Source of the DNA: Antedon mediterranea
Taxonomy: Eukaryota; Animalia; Echinodermata
DNA length: 64,000 nt
Direction: 5' to 3'
Assembly (NCBI RefSeq): GCF_964355755.1
Contig: NC_092674.1
Coordinates: forward strand, 27,776,001-27,840,000
Part shown: one piece after another, positions 1 to 19,926 of the stretch
Numbering within the stretch: position 1 is the first letter of the stretch
How the letters are laid out: each line of letters begins with the position of its first letter
Translations under genes and position numbers: made by a program
Notes under the pieces: model-generated
Seen by the model: the letters and a program-made list of their open reading frames with translations, nothing else
Told to the model about the DNA's origin: nothing
Databases searched by the model: none

Positions 1-1597
1 GCTGAATATTTATTTATCGTTACTAAATATTATTTATTATCAAATATTATTTATGTTTATGTTATAAAGAATGTGAATTTTGTGCAATTGTTGTTATTCT
101 TGCATGTTAATAATGCTTTGATTGATCGTATACATTAAAATATATATAATGTGCTGGTGCAATAAATACATAGCAATGTAATTCTATATTATATAATATT
201 CATAATTCACCACATACTAATAATCCATTCAAGTATTCATGTTTATTTATTAAAATATTAAGACATACCCTAAAATTTTAAAACAATATTAACTTAATAC
301 TTCAACCCTCGAACGCCACACTTTAGGGGTGAGGCTTACTGTATATCTACACCTATCATTTTGCCAATAACCCCAGCATATTTCTGCTTCAAAATGCCCT
401 AAAAGTATTTGTTACCAACCATTAATTTCTACACATTAAAATACTTTCCATTTTGATCATGCATTATTATATTTTAAAGTTTAATATTTTTGTATTTTGC
501 TTGTTTCCATTATTTAATACTCTACACAAGTTCGTCATTTTTTGTTTGTTAAAAATAACTAACACTATTGTCGAAAACGCAGCCTACTTCACCCTCCACG
601 TCTAAAAATCAACACCTTTCTACATTTTATTTTACCAGTTTAAATTTGCATGTTGTGAATATATTGTATTAAAATATATAAATTTGTAATTGTAGTTCTT
701 AATTATATTTTGTGATTTGTGAAATGCTGTAAGCAGGTCAATATACATTCCTATTTGCAATGGTAACCCGATGCCTTGTAACATTTTATATGATTTCGTG
801 AACGTTGTGCTACTGTGTTGTTTAGATATATTTGTCTAGATATATTTGTCTATTATGTATTAAACTTTATATAAAATGTGTACATATATTGATATTAATA
901 ATAATACCGTCCATATCTGTATATCTTTATCTTTATCGTAATTATTCCATCCATACCTTGCATCTGCAATATATTATATTCAAAATGAGCTTTAATATAT
1001 ATATTATATATACATATACATATAACTTAATATTGATATTTACAAGTATATTATATAGTGTTATAATTGCTTTTTTTGTTTCCATTGTTTTTGCTTACAA
1101 TTAACGCCATATATGTATTTCATTTTCAAATATATATTGTTTTGCATATCAATTTTTAATAATGTTGCAATAAATATTTATTTTACATAATTTATGATTT
1201 ACTTTTGTTTTCTTTTTAATTCATGTTTTTGTTATTAAACAATTTTAATATATGGTTTCATAACCAATAGAAGAATGTTAATAGTTCATCTACATTAATA
1301 TAATCAAAATCATCAGTATTATAATATAATCATTATTAACATACTGTACTGTAACTGTCATTATCATCATCATCATTATCATTGGTATCACTATCAACAT
1401 GACTATTATCATATTAATATCGCATGTACTGTATCAGTATCATAATCATACAATTTTGATTTATATTATATATGAAATGAGTATCAATAGAATTGGTAAG
1501 TAATCTAAAATATAAATATGAGTTAAAATTATTATATATTTATTATAATTTAAGGTTTACATTTTGTAATGTTTAAATGATGTGTCTTTATTTTCAG

Positions 1598-9259
<7,662 letters not shown>

Positions 9260-9344
9260 AGTATGAATAAGTGCTGTATACATTTAAAATCCTCTGAATG
9301 CAACTATCTATAATCAGTCATAGTTCACAGTATAAATTTATTAT

Positions 9345-9535
9345 ATATATAAATCCAAAGGCAAATTACTGAAAAATTGACAATGCTGTGTGTATCAGTG
9401 GCTGGATCTCAGTGGAGATACAAAAATAAAAGCGAAAAGCCAAATCAAAACGATAAAGTAAAACAGCAGAAAAGTTAGAAGAGCTTTTGGGCAACACTAG
9501 CCCTTCATCAGTGCAAAAAAATATATATATATATA
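9345..9535 (-). mobile_element. Penelope/retrozyme-like terminal module with degenerate hammerhead, between (TA)n runs just downstream of the DCLK stop
   Basis: 9351-9516 is highly similar to 31601-31768. Minus strand GCA CTGATGA AGGGC TAGTGTT GCCC AAAA GCTC (core GAAA changed to AAAA). Confidence 0.7.
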
Positions 9536-11630
9536 TTTTTGCTGTATCGCCCTCTACATTTGAAATCCTCTGAATGCTGTCCTCTATAATCAATCACAGT
9601 TTACATAAATTGTATATGTATTTTTTAAATGCAAACTTTGTACCCGTTTGCACTTTTGATATTTACATAAATGTAATTTTTTCCCATTTTTTAGTGTGAA
9701 TTCTCAGTTGGAGCGAAAGCTAGTTGTGACTTCTTCATAGGCTTCCTTGGATCTAAACCCAACAGTAAGGTCAAGCCTTCTTCACAGACTATCCTGCATT
9801 TCACACAGATACATCTCTGCAAGTCTCTCTGCTTTTATGTGATATGCGCCATATTTTTGTTTTATATAGGACATATACAACCTTATGTAACATTTTAATC
9901 CTGTCAAACCCATGTTTAAAACTGTGTATTCTGTTCTTGCATCCAATTTATCAACGTCTTCGCAAAAATCTGCCAAAAACTTGTTTAACTGCTGCAATTA
10001 TGTTTGGTGCGTTATTCTTCATATTGTTTTATTTATTTGAAATGTATATTTAAGATTGGTAGAAATACTCCATATTTTGCTGTAAATTCTCATTTTAAAG
10101 TTGACGTACGCAAACGCCAATATTATGTACGTCAGGATTGGGTGGGTCTCTTTATTCTGTATCATTGATACATGTATTATTGTTTAATTATTCATCTTGT
10201 GATATTATTGTATTTGGAAGGGGGTTCTGGGATTTATTTGACAATTATTATTGTACATATGTGTGGAATTCTTTGATATCATCTCCGCGTTCTAATCTAT
10301 CTTATTGCAGTAATAGTATTTGCCAGTTTAACACGCTTTACCGTAGATGCCTGGTTGTCGGTTCAATCCTCTTTTGTTCAATATAATATTACTTTTTCAG
10401 CACTATCACTAAAAATAGTAATATATTTACTTTTTCAATCAAGATAACTTCCGAACCATAGCTTATCAACATAAAATGTAATTTCTCATTGATCTTTGAT
10501 GCGTGCCTATTGCGTTTGAACACGCTCGTCAAACGTTCGTTTGCCAAACAGGTTTATTGATGCTCTTATATTTTATTACATCAATATACATTTACATCTA
10601 AACTCTTCTACGAAAAAAAAACACATATCCGGTACCAGCAACAACAAACGATGAAAATTAACATAATTTTCGGATTTTCACAATGTTGGAGAATATACTG
10701 TACTTCTACTATAATACTTGCGTGTTCTATTCTTCGTTATAATTGATGTTTTGTGACCAATCATTGGCTATCGGGGAATATTTCGAACTTCCCGGTTTTA
10801 CTACTCGTATATAATATAACTGTAGATGTATGTGTACATACAAGATTTCATTGTTTATCAACATTGTGTATACGAATCATAATATATTGTAGTATATCGT
10901 GTGATTGATACGGTTACCGTAAAAAACATTCGGCCTCGAATTAAATTGATTTCATATATTTTATACGGTTAAGAAATATTGTTTCAAAACATACGTTTTC
11001 TGTTAGATAGATATATGCTATCTTATGGCACACGGAAACTTGGTGCTAAGCAGGAGGCCTTCCAAACCTAATATGTTCAGGTCTTTAAAATTCAAAATAC
11101 TACGACCATATGTGTTTATTCATATGATCCAAATCATGTGAAGATTTACGGCTTTTCAAATAGCGTTGAGTGATTAAAAATTATTGGTAAATATGTGGTA
11201 TAATTCACTTAAATATTAATATATAAAGGTACCTTTAATATCATATCTTGTGCATAATTTAAAAAATTTATATAAGTTATATTTTGTGCAATAGTTTAAT
11301 TTGCATTTAATAGTTGTAGTTCACGCAAGTTCATTTTTTATCATAGTGTTGTATATTATATTATTTTGAAGATACGTTAAATTTTATTTTATTTAGTTAT
11401 TATTTACGCAAATTTATATATTTTAAATTAATTTGTAAATGTTTATTTAGTATTTTATGTTAATTGTTCATGTTATATTTATACAGCTATCGAGAGCGTA
11501 GAGCGACAGATATGTCTTCCGATATGTCGGTAAAGCGGAGATTGCGGAGGGGGAAGGGGTTGTATAGGCCTTTCTACAGTGGCGTAAAGGCTATGAGCGC
11601 TCACTGGCTAAACCCAGGAGCCCCGGAGTT

Positions 11631-11812
11631 TAAACTTGGTTCCCACTAGCGACGCAACGTAAGAAAATGCCCTTCCCATAATAGTGTTTTCCCCGCCTGC
11701 GTGAAATCAAACCTGTGATGTTTGCAACACATTGCGTCGTCGGTTCCCACTTGTGATTACGCAATACAGCACTTTGCGTCGATACGTCGCTGCTGGTGGG
11801 AACAACGCTTTA
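11631..11812. mobile_element. MITE, family 1
   Basis: taaacttggttcccactagcgacgcaacg ... cgtcgctgctggtgggaacaacgcttta. Confidence 0.65.
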
Positions 11813-13059
11813 ACCTCCTGGGCCTTAGGCCTCTGCGTTATTCCACTGACTGCCTATCTACCACCAGTTCACGAAGTTGTTGCTCAACTGAGGGGTATAG
11901 ACACGCCTTCCATATAAAGCAATTACTACAGTTAGTTATAGGCCTACATAGGCCTATAGTTTAAAAAAATACACTTTTTGGGAGGAGAGGAAAAGGAGAC
12001 AGGATTGAATTATGGAATAAAATGTTTCTTTTCACAAAAAAAAGAAACAAACAAACAAAATGCGAATGTTCTATTTCCATTTAGTTATACATGGGAATAT
12101 TTATCATAAAAATTACATTTTTAATTTGCATATAAAAGCAAGCAACCGAGGTTTAGTTGTATGATCATTATAGAGAAAATGGACGCTTTTGCGATGAGTG
12201 TAGGTCACGCTAAATGCTTGTACTGGGCATTGTTTGTAAATAGGTGCTTTAACATTTCCATGTAAAGATAATCTTTTTAATTGTGTATTAATATTTAATG
12301 AAAAGTGCTTAATATTGATGTTTAGTGTTCGATGTAACGTTTAGGCCTATACGTGTAGGTAGTGTCGTTTATATATTAGGTCACACGACTATAGGTGGCC
12401 ATCTGCTAGAAACTGTGGTGCAATAAAGTGTTTAATATCTGTTATATTGCGTTAAAGTTTTATTAATCCTATTTACTTGCTTGAGAAAATCATACAAACC
12501 TAAACACGTTAGTTCGGACGCGTTTATGCGACATGTATGAGCGCGTACCGTAAGTCTTCAAATTGAAACCCTAGGTTATTATTCTTTGATTGTTTAAGGG
12601 TTGTTATTATTAGAGTAGTGGGTTATTATTAGAACGGGTTTCTATTACAGTTATTAGAAGATTTACGGTATCACATGTATGTCGCTTGATGGCCAAGATA
12701 CTGTAGTTTAGCAACAGTTGGGTTTACTTTTTAGAATGTACGGGCTTACACAATTTTTGTTAATTCAAGAAAATACAACTGAATAGATCTATTTTTGTCG
12801 TTTAATAGTCTACTGAAATAATACTGTTTTATATAACTAATCGAAGGCCAACTTTAGTTGGCGCAATTTCATAACCCCTCTAACCATAGAGGAAGTACAA
12901 TTGCTTCCTTCGCGCACTATTGGAACAATAATTGTTAGCCTGACAATGCTTAGTTAGTAGGCCTATGTACACGTAGGGGTTTAAAGTTCATTTTAAGTTA
13001 GCATTTATGTTGTTTGCTAAGGCCTACTGCTGCTTTTTAAAGTTCGTTAGTTGTCTAGA

Positions 13060-16000
13060 ATGGCGTTGTCGAGAAATAAGAGCTACGTTCATGCCCCAGG
13101 TCTAAAGCCCTTTATTGGGCTGACGATGCACGAAATGTTGGAAGAGAGAGTGAAGAAAAATCCGGACAGAGAAATGCTTATCTTTGTCGGCGATAATGAA
13201 CGAGTTACGTTTGCTGAATTCAAGAAAAGGGTAAGGGATATGCATTGCACATTAGGCTACCAGTAACATAACGAGAATATCTTATGTGAATTATACGTGC
13301 TGCATGCGTAAATATGTCTTTCTATGTCTTCCTATTCTATACTATTTTGTGGTTTTTTCATCAAGCCAGTAGAGTACAAAGTATTTTGGAACATATAGGG
13401 CCTAATTATGGTTACATTTTAAAAGCCATGGTTTGTCTAAATCTTACAATCGGATGTCATAATGGAATTCATTCTTATTTCAGGTAATAGACTTAGCAGC
13501 CGGGTTCTTACTCAAACTTGGTCTTCGTCGTGGTGATCGTATAGCTGTTATAGGTGCTAATCACGTAGAATGGCCCCTTATTACAGGTGCAGCGAGAGCA
13601 ATAGGCGTCGGTGTAGTATGTACCCCAATAACATCATATTATTTTAATGAATCAAATTATATGTTACGTTGATCTCCTAAACTATTATATTTTTTATTCT
13701 TAAGAAATAAATTTGAATTGATAAAAAATATATATTTGCTTTTATTCAGGCTAATCTGCTGCTTGGTCATACTCCTGAAACTTTTAAGAAAATAATGACA
13801 AAGGTATGTTCAATTTTGTTTCTTATGATTTTGAATTGATAATAATTTTTACACACGTACTTGATATAGAATCCGCTTATACTTTTTATATAAGGCTGTG
13901 CTTTTATTTTAAATTCGTTTCTGTTATTCTTTAGGACACCCTATTATGAGGATATATTCCTGTGTGAATCGCATGAGTGTAACACTCGGCCCACCCCTAT
14001 TCTGTGAGCATTCCTATTATAAATGGAACGTTTTTTAGCTGTCCGGGCCCTTATTAGTGGTTCTGCTCTAATTCTGAACGGGTTTATCCTATTCGAACGA
14101 GTATGTGATCCATAATAATAAACTCCTATTTCAAAGGTACCATGCAAAGCGCTGTTCATAACTCGCAGCCCGGACACACTTTACCAAATGGCTTGTGAAA
14201 TGATTCCAGAGTTAAGTGAAAGTATTCCAGGTGACCTAAATTCAAAACAGTGAGTACATTTATAAATTGAATTCACACATGGCTACTTACGAATCATATT
14301 TACTTTTTACACACTTTTATAAGCACCGTCATTTGGTTTGTTGTTTTTGTTTGTCTTTGTTTTTAGGTTTCCTGACTTAAAGAATGTCATAGCCGCTGGT
14401 GTAAATTGTAAAAGGTAAGTAGGCCTACTACATTTAGTAAAAAATGATAATAAGAAAAGGTTATCCTAATAAGTATAAAGACAAACCAGCCCAAAATCCA
14501 ATCCTGCACCCTCTGTAGTTGACAGTAGTAGACAATCTTTTTCAGTGGAACGTTGAATTTCGATGACCTATCTATTTCTGGATGTGAGGAAGAAGTAGCC
14601 AAAGCGGCCAAGAAAGTAACAATTGATGACATTAGCCACATTAACATGACATCGGTAAACAATAGTTTCAAACTTGCCTTTTCAATTTGTTCAATCTAAA
14701 TACATTTCAAAATAAACATAATGAAGTAGTTTTCACATTTTTATTTAATTCTTATGCTCTGTGTACACAATTAAAACGTTATGTGACACAAAATGTGCCC
14801 ATATATGGACAAGATGACGTCATATCACTACCATATTAGGGCACGTTACACTTTTTTGTCAAATGGTTTGATAGTTTAGACAAAGCTTAAGATGAAAATA
14901 AAATGTCAAGAAAACTATTAAATTCAAATCCTGTTTTAATGTATCCTGTATAACAGTACGATCAATGTTATACACGCTCTAAAGCGTGGTTCCCACTAGC
15001 GACGCAACGCAAGGACGTAACGCAATGCAAGTGAATTGACCAATCACAAGCGATGGCTTATTCGCTTGTGATTGCTAACTGTCTACTTCGCTTGTCATTG
15101 GTTAAAACGCTTGCGTTGCGTTTACGTCCTTGCGTTACGTTCTAGTGGAAACCAAGCTTTACGTACCAGGCCTTATACTTTTAAGTTATCGTCAAATTCA
15201 AATGTTTTATAGAGTAGTCAAGCCCGAAAACGATCTAAACTAATTCAGTTCATGGAATTTTCTGTTTCCAAAGGGTACAACTGGATCACCAAAATTGGCA
15301 CCGTACACCCATTTCAAAACTCTCAATGGTACCGTTTTTGTGCCAGATCAATTTGACGAAACACAAGTAGGTATTTATATATTGGTCATTTATTTAATGG
15401 AACGTTAAGTGAAACATTGGTAATGATGAGGCTACAAATGTGCATAGCGAGTTAACAAACAAAACAATGATAATGGTGAGGACGTCAACTGACGACGGCA
15501 ACCGAGTCGACGATGATGACAACTTTTAAGGCATTGTATTCAACGTAGTTGTCAACAACGTGTTGATATATATAAGACAATGAAAAATAAATTAACGTAC
15601 ACACTCGAAGATTACAGCGAACACGCTAACGAAAATGACGGATACGCTGATAAGAAGATGATTATGATAACGAAACTAATACGTAAATGTAATGATAGTG
15701 ATAATGGTAAATGTCGACACTAAATTCACTTTATAATACAGATCAATAAATTAGCATGTATCGGCAACATGGCGTACATTGTAGCAACGCAATTTAGTCA
15801 AGTAGCGCCACTCCTATACGGTACAACTTCAGTGTTTCCTTCACCAACCTATACATTTGAAAAGTTCATTCAAGCTGTCGAAGCCGAGAGGTAAAGTAGT
15901 TTTAAATAACAAGAATTCACAAACGCGAAACTTAACTATATAACGTTTACGTTTGATAATTATTGGTTTCATTAATGGCAGTTACGAAGCTGAGACACGA

Positions 16001-18744
16001 ATATACTGTGCATGAGGCGTATAGCCGTATTAATCTAATGAATTATATCGATGATTGACCTAAAATAATTATCTTTTTTTTAGAATCACCTTTTTCTTGT
16101 TGATGGTTGATGGTGTGGTTAATCTTGCGCATAATCCTATTTGTGACAAGTACGACCTGTCTTCAATAAAATCAGGTAATTGTAGTGTACATAAGTTTAA
16201 ATGATATAATAATGTAAAGAGGTACGTTACATCTAAGTATTACCGACTTATAAGGCAGAACATTATAATAAGTATATAAAAACAATGTCTATTTTTGATA
16301 AAAGGTATAACCGGTGGTTCACCTGTTCCGCCAGACGTTATTTTTGAGTTGCACAAAAAGTACGGAATTCGTCTGTTGGTAAGTTGGTCAAGGGATAAGT
16401 GAGATCTCTCTTCTTCAATGCATATTGACTATAAGCCTGTTTTCTCCCAGGATACAGCAGAGGTGAATTTTAAGTGGAGGACTTAAGAAGCAAGTAATCC
16501 ATGCTGTGGGGCCATGGGGATGTCACAGGCACCCACCCAGTGGGGTCAAGGGAAGCTGACTTGCTAGAGAATATAGGTCGTTTCCTGGTTTCGCCCCTGC
16601 ACACATATAATAATGGGTGACGAAACATTTAGTGTTAGTACTTGTGTTTCTTTTTTTCTCTAGAATTTGTATGCGTCAACGGAAACTAAAATCAGCTCGT
16701 TAACAGTCAATGACAGTCCAGTTGTTTGGAATACATCAGGCCGCCCCTTGCCCAATACTGAAGTAAGCCTAATATATTATCTTTGTCCCAACTATGTCAT
16801 CCCATTCATACAGCATTTAACTGTGTAGCCATATTATACAATAAATCGTACATTTTCAGATTCAAATAGTTGATAAAGAAGGCTGTCCCGTAGAAGTCGG
16901 AGAAAAGGGAGAGATATGGGTACGAAGTCCAGATGCCTTCAAAGGTTACTATGGTGATATTGAGAAAACAAAACAGACGATCACTGAACACGGATGGATT
17001 AAAACAGGGTACTATCACAACTGTTATATTTACTTAACAAGTCAAGTAAACATTAATTTGTTAGTAGACCTATGAAAAAATGTAATGTTAACTTTAATGT
17101 TGAATTTTTGTTTGAAATATTTTTCAGAGATGTTGGTAAACTAAGTGCAGATGGCTACCTGACAATCGTTGGTCGAATTAAGGTATTGAAATTGAATCGA
17201 TACATTGAATATAACTTACAATCCTTTCTTCCCGTGTGAATACAACTTCTGACTAATCTTCTGTTTCAAAAGTAAACGTGTCGAGAGATATTTGATTACA
17301 TTGACAGATTAACACGTTGAAATTATTTTATTTTCAGGAGATAATTATCAGAGGTGGTTTCGATATTTACCCATCAGAATTGGAAGGTTTAGTAATAACG
17401 CATGCAGCCGTAAACAGTGCGCAGGTAAATGTATAACATAACAATCTTTCTACACATGAGCCTACAGCCCCAGAATTGGATTTGTTCTCCAGGGCGGTAT
17501 AATTCTTCCATGATTTAGGAAAAGTGTACATCGTGTATGATACCACCAAACTTTCGAGTAAAAAAACAAGATTGTAAGGCAGTTTGCCTATTCATCAAAT
17601 GCCTCACAATCTTGATTTTAACTCGAAATGGTACAGTATTTAAAATGAGTTTAAATCATGGAAGTTTGGTTTTTTTTATCACAGGTTTTAGGAATTCCAG
17701 ATTACAGGATCGGTGAAGATGTGTGCGTATGTGTTACGTAAGTAATATTTTCATCTGTTTTTCATAAATTAGTGTTTTTTAAGGAAAATGGTAAAAAGTA
17801 AATTGTATTTCAAGCCAAACTAAAGTTGGTTTATGCGGTTAAATAAAGACTTCCAAAACAAAATTATACTACATTAAAAAAAAACACGAAACATTTAATT
17901 TATTATTTCAGATTAAATGAAGGTTGTAATGTCACCGAAGAAGAACTAAAATCATTCTTTGCTGGAAAGGTATAATAAAAACCTCAAGTTATATCGAATA
18001 AAATGAAGACTTATGTTTGAAGTTTGTAAAAACTGGTTTGATTTCCGAAACTTTACTTTCTTATGTCAAGTTTTGTTGTTTTTTTTTTCTTCAGATGTCG
18101 GATTTAATCCAGCCGTCTTACTTTCTAATTGTTGACTCTTTCCCATCTGGTGCTACTGGAAAGGTAATGTTTGACGTGCCTTTGTGTTTTTTTAATAATT
18201 ACATGCGTATATTTTTATCAATAGAAATATTGAATAGAAGAATGTATCGATATAATATACTTGTATAACATATCTTGCGACCGATAACAGCAAAGTGATT
18301 GACCTGAGACGTCATTGGCAACGAAAGTTTTCCGAAGTTTGCCAGTGACGTAGACAGGAAAGACTCGACAGAAAGTAGAAAGTAGTAGACGGCTAGTTTG
18401 CAGGAGTTAAGTCGTGAACCAAACAAGTTTGCTGATGTTTGTGAATTCAGCGACATAAAGACTGCTTTTGCAGTCACGTGATCCTCCAGAGACAACTCCT
18501 CTAGTAACTAGTCTAGAACTTCTTAAAAAATGGGCAAACTTTGTCAAAAGTCATTTTCAGGAAATTATGCCTAAATCCAAATTTAGACTATGTCAGCTAA
18601 TTTCTACTATATTAACATTTTTGCCAAAAACGTTATTATAATTTAAGTAATGTAAATTGTCATTTACAGGTGGACCGTAAGAAGTTGCAAGAGATGGCTA
18701 TTGGTAGAATTAAATTACCAGACAATCTATATGCCGACAAATAA
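13060..18744 (+). CDS. ACSF2-like: ACSF2-like acyl-CoA synthetase (ANL superfamily), copy 1; 18 coding exons, ~559 aa, apparently intact
   Basis: Exons 13060-13230, 13484-13615, 13750-13803, 14137-14249, 14367-14414, 14546-14654, 15274-15366, 15742-15890, 16084-16175, 16305-16378, 16664-16762, 16860-17008, 17128-17182, 17338-17424, 17685-17737, 17912-17969, 18095-18163, 18670-18744; all GT-AG with matching phases. Motifs: SYVH start, TSGTTGSPK P-loop, YASTE, GWIKTGD, IVGRIKEIIIRGG, GKVDRKKL. The CKAL..PELSESIPGDLNSKQFPDLKNVI segment is ACSF2-like. Confidence 0.9.
14980..15161. mobile_element. MITE, family 1, near-complete hairpin with TAA/TTA flanks (Tourist/PIF-Harbinger-like)
   Basis: taaagcgtggttcccactagcgacgcaacgcaaggacgtaa ... 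ttacgtccttgcgttacgttctagtggaaaccaagcttta; about 50 bp of inverted termini. Confidence 0.8.
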
Positions 18745-19926
18745 CTTGTTAACAAAGAGTAATCCATTCAGCAAAATGACGCCAAGACTTTACGTTAGGA
18801 ATTCAAAGGAAACTAAAACAAAACTTTTCATCTGAAATTCCTTGAGTTAACAAACTGATGTTATCTAATGTCCATTGTAGGGAAACTATGTTTTCCTCTT
18901 CTAGGATTGATGTTATTAGCCTCTTATAAGCTAAACTCATTCCAATAAAGAGTGCGGAATCATTAGGAGGTACTAAATACAATGCACTTTTGAAGCTAAA
19001 TCTTTCACTTCTCTCCGATAGGAGGAGGGTTGCCAAATGTTTAAAATGTGCACACTCCATCCACTCAGGATAAAAGGCATTATCATCAACAATGATGTGA
19101 ACCTACACCTGCTAAAAACACAAATTGTAAAACATTTAAATTGTAATGGTATGATACTAGGTTAGATTATAAATTATATAAAAGAGACTAAAAAAACAGA
19201 AAATAATTTGTAAAAAATGGTAGAAACTGTATACAAAATATGTAATAATTATTATTCAGGAAACATTGAATGAATAAGGGTGGGGTTGAACCACGATAAA
19301 AGAAATAAACAAAAACGCTGTAGGCTTATTTTATTCAAACTGTATTTATAATTGTATTATATTTGATTTAATTATTGTAGGCTACTACAATGCTATTTGG
19401 TGGAAAGCACGTATGACATACACTTACCAACGTTTAGTTCTACTAAAAACTATAGGAACTCACAAAGATGTTAATGTTACGATTTTCACCTGGCAAAAAA
19501 GAATAAATGGAATTGACGAATGTTGAAGAGCTAATAATTCCTGGCGTAATTTCAAATTCAAGAAAACATTTTCAAAATGTATAGCACTATAGATATATTG
19601 GTTTAGAGTAGATTTCGAGAAGATTAAAAAAAACAACTGATAATCCGTGCAGCGCGATATTAGCTTTTGTTTTGTTTGATACAACCTATACAAACAGTAA
19701 ATTTGCTGTTGTATAAAATCTAAACCCGCAACTCACCAATTTTATTGACATTATAGCTATTTCTATTCTCTTTTATTCTACGCCGTCAAATCAAGGTTAA
19801 CTGAGATTTATTTCTTTTGTACGAATTCCGTAAGTTGTACTGTGTGTATGTCTACAGTCCATTACTATACTATCATTTATCGTGAGATTGTATTTGTTTA
19901 TCCATCTGTAAATTTAGTCATTTTCA

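Noticed and set aside
832-1104. Hydrophobic Ile/Tyr/Leu-rich ORFs here and elsewhere in the track
   Set aside because: Expected from very AT-rich intronic DNA; no motifs or splice context.
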